DNA of 64,000 nt from positions 60,140,001 through 60,204,000 of the forward strand of contig OX597822.1 of NCBI GenBank assembly GCA_951406725.2, read 5' to 3'. The stretch comes from Octopus vulgaris (lineage: Eukaryota). Of the stretch, positions 51,273-64,000 are shown one piece after another; positions within the stretch are counted from its first letter, which is position 1, and each line of letters begins with the position of its first letter. Position numbers and translations under genes: made by a program. The notes under the pieces are model-generated. The model ran no database searches, was not told the DNA's origin, and worked only from the letters and a program-made list of their open reading frames with translations.

Positions 51273-51491
51273 CAGTGCTTTTCAAACTTTTTGCTGGAGC
51301 GGAACCCCAAGGAAACATTCCACTGGCTTGAGAAACCCCTGTGCAATAATTTAATAGTCTTATGCACACATATCTGCACAGGAGACTTAAAAATTACTGC
51401 CAATTTTAGCAGTTTTGTAACTTCTTGCGGAACCCCTGCACTGTTCTAGCGGAACCCCAAGGTTCTGCGGAACCCTGGTTGAAAGCCTCTG
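51273..51491. mobile_element. hAT (Charlie-like) MITE with internal GGAACCCC repeats
   Basis: TIRs CAGTGCTTTTCAAAC / GTTGAAAGCCTCTG; TSD not clean. Confidence 0.65.
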
Positions 51492-52721
51492 GTCTTTTTT
51501 AAAGCTAGTAGGGTGGAATTTATGAGGATTTAGCAGCGTTTTTATCAGGTCCTAGGAATACAGCTTGTCTCTCAGTGGCTCATGCATGTATCAGTAAATG
51601 CTGAAAGCTTTTAGTAACAAGGTCACTAGCTTAGCTAGTTGGGGGGGGGGGGAGAGAAATAGGAGTGGTCCACCTCGGGTGGCACTTTTGGGTATGCTGT
51701 AGGCAATATGTGTTTTTCTGTGGGGTCCAGGGGCGGCAAACGGAAGGGCCACCCCGGGTGGAACACACTCTAGCTATGCCAGTGAACATGGTTAACCTAG
51801 CCGAAATGAGAGATGCTTACATGAGGAGATCGCTTGGTCTACAAGAAGTAATAGTCAAATCTTCCTCAATTTATACACTACCTTCGTAAAGAGAGGGAGA
51901 GAGAGAATATTGGATAAGTGGTTGATCAATATGCTAGAAATAGTAACCAAATTTTCTTTGAATCACATCCTACCATCTTAAAAAACTGAGAAATAATGAA
52001 GTCTTTGATGGGCACGGCTGTGACGTTTTTGTCTAACTGATCTGCTCAACCAGTGTTTATAAGGAATAAAATAACAATATCTCTAATATAATCTTGGATG
52101 TTTGTTAGATCAACCTCAATGTCATGGATGGTGCTAATACAGTTTCGCTTTTCACCAAAAAACTTATGCGTTTTACACTTTCTTGTCAGTTTGACATATA
52201 CATACAAGGCAGGCGAAGGTAAAGAATATGCACACCACCCATTTTCAGCGCAATCCTAACCTTAACCTCAAACATCGGGTGTGCATATTCTTTACCTTCG
52301 CCAGTTAGGGTTTACGCTGAAAATGAGTGGTGTGTGTATTTCTAGCGTATTTTCTCTGTTCATTCGCACGTGCACACACAAACATACAAGCCACCCATTT
52401 TCATTTTTAGACAGCGGGATGATGTGGCGAGGGGTGTATGCATCAATTTTGGAGTTTCCTCGCAGAAAATTTGAAATGAATTATTTTCCCCCCATATTCC
52501 TAATCTCCATATTTTCCCACATCGATTGAAAAAAGAAATTCGAATTAAAGTTAAAATTAAAAAAATTGGGGTGGGGAAGGGGGAATTCAAAATTTTGAAA
52601 AAATGGTTTTTGACATATTCAGAATCTCTGTCATCGAAAACATAGGAATCTGCTGAAAATTTTTATTAAAAAAAGGTCGATTTTTCATGCTGGTGTACTT
52701 GTAAACATTAACCTTAATTTA

Positions 52722-53108
52722 TCGAAAGGATGAAAGGCAAAGTTGACCTCGGCGGAATTTGAACTCAATACGTAAAGTCAAACGAAATACCCATTTCTTT
52801 ACTACCCACAAGGGGCTAAACACAGAGAGGACGAACAAAGACAGACAAACGGATTAAGTCAATTATATCGACCTCAGTGTGTAACTGGCACTTATTTAAT
52901 CGACCCCGAAAGGATGAAAGGCAAAGTCGACCTCGGCGGAATTTGAACTCAGAACATAATGGCAGAAGAAATACCTATTTCTTTACTATCCACAAGGGGC
53001 TAAACACAGAGAGGATGAACAAGGACACACAAACGGATTAAGTTGATTATATCGACCCAGTGCATAACTAGTAATTATTTAATCGACCCCGAAAGGATGA
53101 AAGGCAAA
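52722..53108 (-). repeat. Tandem array of partial SINE B units (about 180-nt period)
   Basis: GAAAGGATGAAAGGCAAA recurs at about 52724, 52908 and 53091. Confidence 0.8.
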
Positions 53109-53294
53109 TCTCCTGTGGTCAGTGGCATGTATTGGAATAATGAGGGCGAATATATAAAGTAACATACAAAATAAATTATAGATTTATTGACATTGTCTCT
53201 GCTTCCCAAGAGAATAGATCCACCGCTTAATTGCAGATTGGTACCAATTCTAAATAAGAAGTGGGAACTGTCTCAAGTATTAAGAATTCTCCAA

Positions 53295-53835
53295 GAAAAG
53301 ACTTCCGCCTGTCCCCTCCCCCATTTTCTCCCAAATTTGTTTATTTTTGTAATTTTTTTTTTTCCAAAAATCCCCGTTTTCGAATACGGAGATTCCGGAA
53401 AATTGCCAAATATCGGCATTGTGAAATATTTTTTACCCCCAATTTCTTCAATTTTGACTTTTTTTTACCCAACACTAACCCTAAAATCCGAACCCTAACC
53501 TTAACTCTAAAGCCCTAACCCTAACCCTAAAACCGTAAGTACAGAAATGTTTTGAAATTTTTGTCCGAATCATGATGACCGTATTTTTCCGCATATTTAG
53601 AAAAAAAAAATTTTTTTTTTTTAATTTTACAAAAGATTTTTGGAAATTTTGTTTCAGAATCATAATCTCCGTATTTTTCCGCGTATTTTGAAAAAAAAAA
53701 GTTACAAATGAAGAAAATGGGGGTGGGGTGGTAATTTAGAAATGTCGATTGTTTTTGCAGATTCGTATTCCCCGTAGCCGAAAAAAAAAAAAATTTAAGG
53801 GTGGTTTTTTTGTGGGGTGGGGCGGAAGTCTTGCC
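53295..53835. mobile_element. Non-autonomous DNA transposon (Merlin/MULE-like) with internal (CCCTAA)n-like repeats
   Basis: TIR AAGACTTCCGCC/GGCGGAAGTCTT; exact 8-bp TSD TTCTCCAA (53287-53294 and 53836-53843). Confidence 0.7.
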
Positions 53836-54739
53836 TTCTCCAAAATTGTATAACTGTAACGAAAATGAACTAAGAAAACTAGCTCACGCATATTTTTAAT
53901 GAAATTTTGTAGAGATACGTTTTTGTGGGTGTAGATTATGATTAAGTTGATACAATTTAATAAAGAAAAATTTCTTTTTGAAGAGTTTCGGAACATTCCG
54001 CTCCTCCTCTGATTTCGTTACCACCAATTTCTGAACTTAAATATTTTCATTCTTTTTTTCATGTTTACATGTTTGAAACATCAACATTATGTTTCTACTT
54101 TACCGTATTTCGGTAAAATGTCATTTAAAAATAGGCATCTTAAAGGGAGTCTTGAGGAAATAAAGTTGGGAGACATACGGTAAAGAATGATTCGTAACTC
54201 CTGCCCATCAAATTTTACGTATTATTAACATAATCGTTACGTATACCCTCGAAAATGTATCTCCACAGAATTTCATCAATGATTATGAGAAAGTTATACA
54301 GAAACTCATTCCGAGATACCAAACTGTAGTTATACACATCAAAACTTTTTCTTTTCTTCATAACTTTCCTAAAAAGACATATTCCTAATGAAATTTTGTT
54401 GAGAAACGTTTTCAAGGGTGTAGATTTAGGATGTGCATTTTATGAAACCCAACATCTACACTTTCGAAATCGTATTTTTGAAAAATGCTAACTGAATATA
54501 TGCATTTTAAAGAGAGATGTAAGGGAACAGCCACGAGAAAGGAAGAACGACCCGAAATCGCTCAAAAGAATTCTTTTTTAAATTTTGTCAGCGAAGTCAT
54601 TGTCTACACATTCAAAAAGGTATATCTGTAAAGTTTTATTTTAAAAATGCGTTTCTTTCATAAAATTAAGATAAAACAGTCAGTGATTAGCAGTGGCACC
54701 AAACTGTAGTTATGCCTTTGTGTGTACGTTATCTTTGTA

Positions 54740-54931
54740 TGTATAATAAACAACAGCAGCAAGTGCGACAGACCGACCGTGTAAATGTGGCAGTAGGAGA
54801 AGAGAAATATACACTTAAACAACCGGAACTTCCGTCCCAGCATAAGATGCCAACCAGAAGTAACAGCACGTGGCTTCTGTAATGTGATATTCCACTAAAT
54901 TTGCAACTTTGATCAATAACTAACGTTGATA
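54740..54931 (+). promoter_or_regulatory. Probable HEATR3 promoter / 5' UTR
   Basis: Locally CpG-retaining; ETS-like CCGGAA/CTTCCG (about 54823-54833) and E-box CACGTG upstream of the ATG. Confidence 0.45.
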
Positions 54932-55060
54932 ATGGGGAAAAGTAAACATCGAAAGCGATATGGACTACCTCGGCCACAACCCACCGGGATCGTTGCTAAT
55001 TTAAACGAAGAGGAACAATCTGTTACTAATGGCCCATCGTTTGTTACGCTTATCGATCAA
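54932..55060 (+). CDS. HEATR3: HEAT repeat-containing protein 3 (Syo1 orthologue), exon 1 (MGKSKHRKRYGLPRPQPTG...TLIDQ)
   Basis: N-terminus resembles HEATR3 MGKS..KR...P.PTG; GTAAGT donor in phase 0. Confidence 0.9.
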
Positions 55061-55866
55061 GTAAGTACATTACATTATACATACTTGTATTTTACACACA
55101 CTAGCGATCCAGTGAGGGAGCATGTTAAGTAGCAGTCAAAATCTTCCCCCAATCAAACCCTTGCCGCCTCAGGGGGAAAAAAATTATAAGATAAATTAGA
55201 TGATTTTGTTTCTGCTATATACAGAAAGATGGGATAATTACGTCTGCAATGCCTTTAATCATAGATCTACTCTGTCGGAGCTGTCTTGGTGATAACAACA
55301 TACAAACCATCAGTAGATGTATCAAAATATATAAAACACGTTTATCGTTGAGAATATTTTGGAGCCATTAAAAATATGTTTTTATTTCAGTTGAATTCTT
55401 TTGTTATTTATTTTTGTGTCGAATTATTTCGCGGATCATTTTTCTATTGAATTATTTTATCGTTTATCGTGTTAAAATAATTCCCACTAAAAATAAATAT
55501 AAGTTAATGTTAAATAGACAGAAGTCACTTGAAAGAAAGCTAATTCAGACGGTTGGTACGAGTTAAAAATTGATGCAAAAGTGGCATGTTTGTTATACTG
55601 AAAGATATCTTCTCCACCCCAACCTCAAACAATGTTATAACATTTTTCTTTACCTTAAATAAGCTAATTTGCACGTTTCCTTCTTATTGAAGTATAGAAT
55701 TAAACATTTTTGGATCGATCTAGTAATTTGTGTATTCCCTCCCCAAACTATCATTTGTTAAAATCTAATCATACCCTCTTCGTTGTTTAAATGTATGCTA
55801 CCGGCATGTTATTTTTCTAAGCCTATTTTTGTTTGTTTTTATACAAAACACCTAAACCATAAAAGT

Positions 55867-55953
<87 letters not shown>

Positions 55954-56577
55954 CTCTCTCTATATAAATGTTTGTTGGAGATTAAGTAGGACAGTTACTG
56001 TGCTGATAACGCCTACTGAGACAGAAACATGACGCTATCCTTGCCTTCAGACAATTTCTGTTTTCCACAATGGATTGTCAGTTTTGGAGAATCTTTGAGA
56101 TTACTTTCTCTTTTCTTTTCATCTGGAGTACCAATTGAAACAAACAAATGATCTGCCTTCTCTCAAAGTAGAGACAATTCTAGCAAATCAAGAACCTATC
56201 TTGAATGTTATTTAACCTACTTCTGTTCCATGAGTGTTAAAATACTGACCTCCCTTTATTTCTCTTAGCTTATTTTCGTTTATATGTGTGTGTGTACATA
56301 TATATGTATGTGTGTTAGAAGAAATAAGGTACTCAGAAATCTGGGTGGTTTTACATTTACAGATTTTTTATTAATATATCACGTTTTTATAAATCATATA
56401 TTAAAATCTGGAGATTCTACTAGAGTAGATGCAAGCGCTAATATATGATTTATAAAAACATGTGACATATTAATAAAAATCTGTAAATTTAAAACCATCC
56501 AGATTTCTGAGTACCTTATTTCTTCTAATACATAATACCTGTACATCACCTCCAAACCTTCTAATATATATGTGTAT

Positions 56578-57190
56578 ATCATCATCATCATCATTTAACG
56601 TCCGTTTTCCACGCTAGCACGGGTTGGACGGTTCGACCGGGGTCTGGGAAGCCAGGGGCTGCACCAGGCTCCAGTCTGATCTGGCAGTCTTTCTACAGCT
56701 GGATGCCCTTCCTAACGCCAACCACTCCGCGAGTGTAGTGGGTGCTTTTTACATGCCACCGGCACAGGTGCCAGGGGAGTCTGGCATCGGCCACGATCGG
56801 TTGGTGCTTTTAACGTGCCACCGGCACGGAAGCCAGCCAAGGCGGCGCTGGCAACGGCCACGTTCGAATGGTGCCTTTTATGTGCTACCGGCACAGGTAT
56901 CACAACTACTATTTCCATTGATATTTATTTCGATGTTCATGTTCATGACTCAACAGGTCTCCTCAAGCACAGCAGGATGTTCTGGACTCCAAGGTACTTT
57001 GAATGGGCAGGGGCTATGCGGAACTGGTGCAGGAAGCAGCCCGGGTCTTTGCAGTCACAGCATATCTCCAGAGATCTCGGTCCTTCGCCATTGCCTCAGT
57101 GAGGCCCAACGCTCTGAGGTCATGCTTGACTACCTCATCCCATGTCTTCCTGGGTCTACCTCTCCCCCTGATTCCTTCAACTGTTTGGGA
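56578..57190 (-). mobile_element. RTE LINE 3' end (ORF end plus 3' UTR) in HEATR3 intron 1
   Basis: VEGIRGRGRPRKTWDEVVKHDLRALGL...; (CAT)n tail. Confidence 0.88.
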
Positions 57191-57283
57191 GATATATATA
57201 TATTTATGCACATATATATTTTGTTCTGAGTTGATGTTTGTCTTCTGTGGAGAGCTGTCTTTAATTTAATTTTCAAATTTTAG

Positions 57284-57456
57284 TTGCAGAGTACTGAAGA
57301 AGAATGTCGCTTAGTTGCATGTGCAACTGTTGCTACAATTGTTGCAGATCCACTTGCAATTCCTGTTTTGTTGGAAAACAACTTGGTTAGGATTCTAGCA
57401 CCATTACTTGGTGATCCAAACATCTACATCCAGAACAGTTCAGTTGGTGCTCTCAG
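57284..57456 (+). CDS. HEATR3: HEATR3 exon 2 (LQSTEEECRLVACAT...LAPLLGDPNIYIQNSSVGALR)
   Basis: ttttag acceptor and GTGAGT donor, open frame, HEATR3-like L.PLL.DP...GALRNLS. Confidence 0.92.
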
Positions 57457-58167
57457 GTGAGTTTCAAGATATCTTTCTTTAAACTGTTGCAGAAAGTTAG
57501 CCGAGTTGTTAAAATGTCAGCAGTATTAGGGCTTCTGTATTCTGAGTTTCTGACCCATCAAAGATAGCCTTGCCTTCCATCGTGATGTCACTAAAATGAA
57601 GTACAAACAGGCCTGGATTAACCTTTAAGCAAAATAAGTATGTGTTTAGGGAATCAAAGGAAGCAGGGCACCACAGAAATGACAATACAGAAGAAATCAA
57701 TTTAAACTTGCCAAAATAATATAGGAAGTGGTTTATATGATCAGAAATATAATTATGGAGTGTTCATAGTGTCATAGTGAGGATCTGATCAAAAACTTTG
57801 CAAGAAAAGTTTTCAAATATGAATAAAGTAGGAAGTATACAAAAATGAACATTATTTCCATCTTACTGTCAGTTTTGTTTCATTTTGAAAAATTGAAATT
57901 CGTTTCATGGTTTATTATTGTTTAGATTTAGAATTACATATATGTGGGGTCACCAAAATATTTAAAAGTGTTTAGGGCTTCTATGGGTATAAGTTAAATA
58001 TAGTTGACTCTGTAATAACAAAAATCATGTTAATAAACACCTTTCCAATTCTTTAACGATTAAAATTGTGTCAATGAATGATTTCCATTTAAAAATAACC
58101 AATGAAAATTAAAGACACTTATGTTTCCTCATACAAATTGACCTCTGATAAAAGAAATGTAGTAAGG

Positions 58168-58495
58168 TACAGGAGTGGGTTCAGTCCCACTACATGGTAC
58201 CTTGGGCAAGTGTCTTCTACTATAGCCTCAGGCTGACCAAAGCCTTGTTAGTGGATTTGGTAGATGGAAACTGCAAGAAGCCCATCATATATATGTATAT
58301 ATATGTTTGTGTGTCTGTGTTTGTCCCCCCAACATCGCCTGACAACCGATGTTGGTGTATTTACGTCCCCGTAACTTAGCGGTTCGGCAAAAGAGAATGA
58401 TAGAATAAGTACTAGCCTTACAAAGAATAAGTCCTGGGGTCGATGTGCTCCAGCATGGCTGCAGTTAAATGACTGAAACAAGTAAAAAATGTAAA
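58168..58495 (+). mobile_element. SINE family A
   Basis: Core and tail match; head partly deleted. Confidence 0.8.
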
Positions 58496-59005
58496 GATGT
58501 AATTCCACTGACTAAAATGAACCAATCTCTGAGTCTCCCAGGTTTCCTTCAATTTAATGCACTATCATGACTTGTCATTTCATTTGAAGCAGAGTCAATA
58601 GAATTTTTTCAAAGAAAATTTTACTGTAAAAATTTGTGTTGTTTGCATTTATTATTTTGTCAAAAATTATTCCTGTGCTAAATGCAAAGCGTGTCAGAAG
58701 AAAGAGTTTGTTGAAAGTGTGGAATATGGATTTATCAAATCCGTGCTATTTTGAAAAAATGATGCTAAAAAGTACATCAATAGCCAAAGTTTTAAGAAGG
58801 TCGAGAAAGAAAATCTCTTCTTATGGATTGGAAGTAAACAATTAGCTGCTGATTCAGTGACTGAATTATTTGTGAAAAAAAAAAAAATGTTTCTTTACAA
58901 GCAACTTGAAAGGGATGTAAAACCAGTAATATTTAAAGCTAGCAAGGCTTGATTGGAATCTTTCAAAAAAACAATTGGGTATTCACAGTGTTGTGAGGCA
59001 TTTAA

Positions 59006-59213
59006 CCCTTTCGTTACCAACCTGGCTGAAACTGGCTCTGGCTCTGAGTACAAATGTCTTGTTTTCATAAGTTTTGAATTAAAATCTTCCACCAAGCCTT
59101 AGTCACAATTTATGTTCCTAACACTAGCTTAATGATAACCAAGTTATTTTATTAAATTCTTTGTAATTGAAAGAAACACAGAGCATTTCAAAATAAATAC
59201 AGTGACGAAAGGC
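59006..59213. mobile_element. piggyBac-type MITE
   Basis: TTAA-CCCTTTCGTTAC ... GTGACGAAAGGC-TTAA; second copy at 61372-61591. Confidence 0.8.
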
Positions 59214-59736
59214 TTAAAGTTACTGTAGAAAAATAGTTTTCTGAGCTTGTGATAGGGAATTATTTCTTTTCAGCAGATTTTTTTTTATTGTGATGAGATT
59301 GGCCTCTTTTTGTGGAACAATGCTAAGTAAGATCCACATCACATAGGTGGAGAAGACTGAATTGTTTACTTTTCGTAGCTAGAGTGGAATATAGGCACAG
59401 CCAAGTGTGGTAAGAAGTTTGCTCCCCAACCACATGGTTCCATTCAGTCCTACTGCATGGCATATTGGTCAAGTGTCTTCTACTATACCCTTAGGTTTTG
59501 TGAGTAGATTTGGTAGATGGAAACTGAAAGAAACCTATCATTATATATATATAAAGGGAAAGTTTACGAAAATAAACAAAAGATGAAGGCAGGTGGTGTA
59601 CAAACAAACAGATGTATTAGTATAGCGCTCAGGAATAGAAAAATTCTTTTACTTTTCAAGCCTACGCTCTTCTACAGAAAGATACACAGAAAAAAACAAG
59701 GAGAGAAAAAAAATGTGTGTAGTAGCTAACGATCTA

Positions 59737-60000
59737 TCATCATCATCATCATCATCATCATCATCTTTTAGCGTCCGCTTTCCATGCTAGCATGGGTTGG
59801 ATGGTTCAACTGGGGTCTGTGAAGCCAGAAGGCTGCATCAGGCCCAGTCTGATCTGGCAGTGTTTCTACGGCTGGATGCCTTTCCTAACGCCAACCACTC
59901 CGTGAGTGTAGTGGGTGCTTTTTACATGCCACCCGCACAGGTGCCAGATGGAGCTGGCAAATGGCCACGGACGGATGGTGCTTTTTACGTGCCACCGGCA
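59737..60000 (-). mobile_element. RTE LINE 3' tail
   Basis: (CAT)n plus reverse-complement 3' UTR. Confidence 0.8.
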
Positions 60001-60498
60001 TATTTATATATATATTTTATTAATTTATTATTATTTTTACAACTAATTATTTATCCTGGGTATTCAGGCATTTTTCCTTCTTCATAAGCTATTTTTGATT
60101 TAAGGTTTTCTTCGATTTTTATAATAATAAACTGCAATTTGTTATTTCATGCAACTGGTTATTGAAAAAACCATGAGATGAAAGGACAACAACACAATAC
60201 ATTTTGCAGAATTTGAACTTTTGCATAGTGCATTCTTCTCACAACCACTTTTCTATTATTTTCAGTCAATGATATATTGTTTTAATTAAATTAAAGATTT
60301 ATCATGTTTAGAATTTTATCATTGCTATCTTTTAACATACTTTTACTTGAATCATATTAACATGGATTAGAGAAATCTACTGCTTAATGATAGCGCCAGC
60401 TCACCTCTGAGGTCCAACACCCTGATATCTGATATCACCAATATCTTTCTTTTATCTTTTCCATATTTTTAATCACTTCTTTCTTGTTTCTTTTTCAG

Positions 60499-60586
60499 AA
60501 ATCTTTCTGTTGATGGAGGCGTTGCAGTCTGTGAGAAAATGGTTAACAGTGATGTATTAACTATGGTTATTGGTTTATTAAAGATG
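60499..60586 (+). CDS. HEATR3: HEATR3 exon 3 (NLSVDGGVAVCEKMVNSDVLTMVIGLLKM)
   Basis: Long pyrimidine tract plus cag, GTAAGA donor; matches HEATR3 NLS..GG..VC..MV..D. Confidence 0.92.
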
Positions 60587-61371
60587 GTAAGATTATTCAA
60601 TGATGCATTAACTTCTGTATTTTGAGTTCTAACTCCCCTGGAGTCAAATTTATTTTTCATTTCTTATACTATTATTGTTGTGAGTTTGATTCAATTGACA
60701 ATATCTGTAAATTACAAAATTGTGTCTCTGTGCTAATTGGAGGCATAATTTATTACATGTGGGATCTTACACAGCCAGAAGGCCACTTGTTGCCTCATTC
60801 TGTTCTTATGTCATTAGATTCAAACTCTGATTGTGGGCTACATGTAATGACAGGTATGCTACAGCCTATTCTAAGATAAATTGACCATGTACAGGACATC
60901 CACCACCAAGTAGCTAGCATACCTGCAAAAGAGAGTGACCATAATGCCAGTTATATTTACACTATATATTTCTAGACCTATAAATTTAGTTGACAGTACT
61001 TAACTACAACCAGGTATAAGTTTGTTGTTTAATCCCAGGTTTGCCCAGACTGAGTTGATGACCTATGATAAATGACATTCCAGCCATGACTGGCCTGTCA
61101 TACTCTTAGGTGTAGCATTCCTAGGACTTAACTATCTAATGTGCTTTCTTTCCAAGATGATAAGGTGTAAGATGAAGGAAATTTGGCTGCTATTCCTGGC
61201 AGGTCAATCAGTTTCATATTGTTGAATCTGGTTTAAGTTGAAGTATTTGTTATCATTTCTTAGCACGCATTCAGTTAGCAACTTACTCCTTTTATGATTT
61301 TGAAATAACCCTACTAGCTATTTATATACTATGTACAAATGTCTGCACTTATATCTTACAATTTGTATTAA

Positions 61372-61591
61372 CCGTTTCGTTACCAACCTGGCTGAAACCG
61401 GCTCTGACTCTAAGTACAAGTGTCTTGTTTCCATAAGTTTTGAATTAAAATCTTCCACCAAACCTTAGACACAATTTATGTTCCTAACACTAGTTGAATG
61501 ATAACTAAGTTATTTTACTAAATTCTTGGTTATATTTAAAGTAAGTGAAAGAAAAACAGAGTATCTCAAAATAAATACAGTAATGAAAGGG
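61372..61591. mobile_element. piggyBac-type MITE (second copy)
   Basis: TTAA-CCGTTTCGTTAC ... GTAATGAAAGGG-TTAA. Confidence 0.8.
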
Positions 61592-61914
61592 TTAAAGAAT
61601 ATGAAGAAGTTTATCTTTTTCTTTCCTTGCATCTAAATCACATATGCAGCAATGTACAACCATAGCCACTCCCTAATTCCTGGTTTTGACTGATCAGCTG
61701 AACTTTGTGTGTGAATCCAAGGGACTATGCTCAATGGTGGGAATGTCTATCCCTAAATACATGAATCCTGGCCTGGCAGAGAATGCAGAAGAAGCAAACA
61801 GGTCAATGGACTTGAAGGTTTGACAGTGGGGTATGTGACAAGCCATAAGACTGGGTTAGTCAAAACAGATACAAAAGGGGACATCGGCCTGTCATTGTGA
61901 AAGGGATTGGGTCC

Positions 61915-62157
61915 TCTTTTACTTGTTTCTGTCATTTGACTGTGGCCATGCTGGAGCACCACCTTTAGTCAAGCAAATCGATCTCAGGACTTATTCTTTG
62001 TAAGCCTAGTACTTATTCTATCGGTCTCTTTTGCCGAACCGCTAAGTTACGGGGACGTAAACACACCAGCATCGGTTGTCAAGCGATGTTGAGGGAACAA
62101 ACACACACACACACATACATTTATATATATATATATGTGTGTGTATATATATGTATG

Positions 62158-62189
<32 letters not shown>

Positions 62190-62351
62190 TATGACAGGCT
62201 TCTTTCAGTTTCTGTCTACCAAATTCACTCACAAGGCTTTGGTCAGCCCGAGGCTGTAGTAGAAGACACTTGCCCAAGGTGCCACACAGTGGGACTGAAC
62301 CCGGAACCATGTAGTTCGTAAGCAAGCTACTCACCACACAGCCACTCCTAT
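61915..62351 (-). mobile_element. SINE family A
   Basis: Full copy. Confidence 0.85.
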
Positions 62352-63115
62352 GTTTCACAAAGAAATACCAATGGTATCCAAATAGAAGCAACCAGTCACG
62401 AGACTGGAGAGTCTTGGCAAACCAACCCCTGGACACAAGGAGGGCACATGGCTGATGATAATATTTCTCTATCTCATCATCATCATCATTTAATGTCTTT
62501 TTTTTCTTGCTGATGAGGATTAGGTAATTTGACACACGCTGACAAGCTGGAGGTCAGCACCAAGCTCCAGTCATCTGTTTTAGCATGGTTTATATGGCTG
62601 AATGCTCCTCCTAATGCCAACTGCAGAGTGTACTGGGTGCCTTTTATGTGGTGCCAGGCATAGATGCTTTTTACACAGTGCTGGCATGGGTGCCTCTTAT
62701 GTGTCACTGATGTGGGTGCTTTTAATATTGCACTGGCATGGTTGCTTTTTATGTGGTGCCGGCATGGGTGCACTTTTCATGGCATCAGCACAATGTTGGT
62801 TAGAATATCATGTATAAGTACACATGAAGAGGTCGTCTTACAGACTTTACACAAGCACAATGACAGCTATGTTTTTCCCTCTCTCTTTCTTTGTATTACT
62901 TAATTACCCTTTTACCTCAGCTAAGCTCCTTATTTTAGTATCTTGACATTATTATTCTAATGTCATTCTTCTTCATTTATTCACATTGTGTTTGCATAAT
63001 TTATTCTGTGCTCAGATAAATTCTGTCATTTTTTGATGGTCTACTAATGAAACATAGTTTGCCATTGTAGCTTTCATATAAAACACTGTTCTTGAATGTT
63101 ATTTTTACCTTTTAG

Positions 63116-63216
63116 TATGAAGTTGGCTGGGAACCTTCAAAATTATGGGATGAAAAGTTGGCTCAATTAAAAACTGATACATTTATTCAAGCTGTTCATC
63201 TCTTATGGAATCTATG
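63116..63216 (+). CDS. HEATR3: HEATR3 exon 4 (YEVGWEPSKLWDEKLAQLKTDTFIQAVHLLWNL)
   Basis: ttttag acceptor and GTTAGT donor; phases consistent; LWN(L/I)CE motif across the junction. Confidence 0.88.
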
Positions 63217-63399
63217 GTTAGTTCCACATTCCTATGTTCTGTATCATAACTATTTCACTTTTAGTTTCTTTCATCTACCTTTCAAATATGTTTGTCTAGT
63301 TTCTATGATATTTAAAAGATGCATGACGATTTTACATTGGTTTAAAATATTTTTTTCCCATCATCATGGACCTTTCAAAACAGTTTACTTTAATTACAG

Positions 63400-63509
63400 T
63401 GAAAATTCAGAGACAGCTGTTCAAATATTCAACAAAGAAAAATTAGCCCATCCTCTTGTGTATTGTTTGAACCCCAGTATCTATGGTTATCCTTTAGTAC
63501 TTGCTGTGG
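63400..63509 (+). CDS. HEATR3: HEATR3 exon 5 (CENSETAVQIFNKEKLAHPLVYCLNPSIYGYPLVLAV); gene continues right of the window
   Basis: tacag acceptor and GTAAGT donor; matches HEATR3 CE.S..AV.IFNKE. Confidence 0.9.
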
Positions 63510-64000
63510 GTAAGTGTTTCTGATCTTTGTTTTTTAAGTGTTTTAATCAATATCAACAGTTGGTATATAACAACAATATTTGTAGTGTTATATCTCAGTT
63601 GAGATATCCCTTTGGCATATCTTAGACGTTATCTCATTATTTACAATGTTCATTAAATGGTTAAATAAATTCTGAAGAGAGATACAAAATATTTGCAAAG
63701 TTGTAACCTAGACTACTGACCCAACCTTTGTTACAACCAGCGCTGTGTCACTGGACAAGACTTTCATTGAATAGTCCTTCTCTTTTAAAGTTATATTATT
63801 TTCTCTAAACCTTAAGTTATATATTGATTTCAAACTTTGGCTCAAGACCAGCAATTTAAAGGGAGGAGTAGGTCGATTAGATTGACCCCAGCACTCATCT
63901 GGTGCTTATTTTATTGACCCTGAAAGGAAAGTCAGCCATGGCAAAATTTCAACTCAGAACATGGAGACAGATGAAAAGCCACTAAGTATTTTACTCAGTG

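Overview
AT-rich, microsatellite- and transposon-dense eukaryotic genomic DNA. The SINE/LINE repertoire and gene structures suggest an octopus or other coleoid cephalopod (inference). Two divergently oriented protein-coding genes are present, both running off the window. A kinesin-3 (KIF28P-like) gene on the minus strand has 4 coding exons (32947-32903, 9146-8940, 4585-4453, 2506-2424); its 23.8-kb first coding intron has clear U12 (minor spliceosome) signals. HEATR3 on the plus strand has 5 exons between 54932 and 63509. The rest is three tRNA-derived SINE families, RTE-type LINEs (one with a PHD-like finger inside the RT), R4/Dong-like RLE LINE fragments in (TAA)n, Tc1/mariner remnants, Helitron/Helentron, hAT, piggyBac and Merlin/MULE-type MITEs, a Penelope GIY-YIG remnant and a U6 pseudogene fused to a SINE. 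The most striking unannotated signal is about 10 sequence-unrelated fold-back elements embedded in microsatellites, mostly (TA)n, together with more than 12 type-I hammerhead ribozyme motifs. These include two U3-A8 core variants, and several lie sense to the kinesin U12 intron. Most short ORFs in the supplied track are microsatellite or repeat artefacts. All calls were made by eye, and repeat boundaries are approximate.
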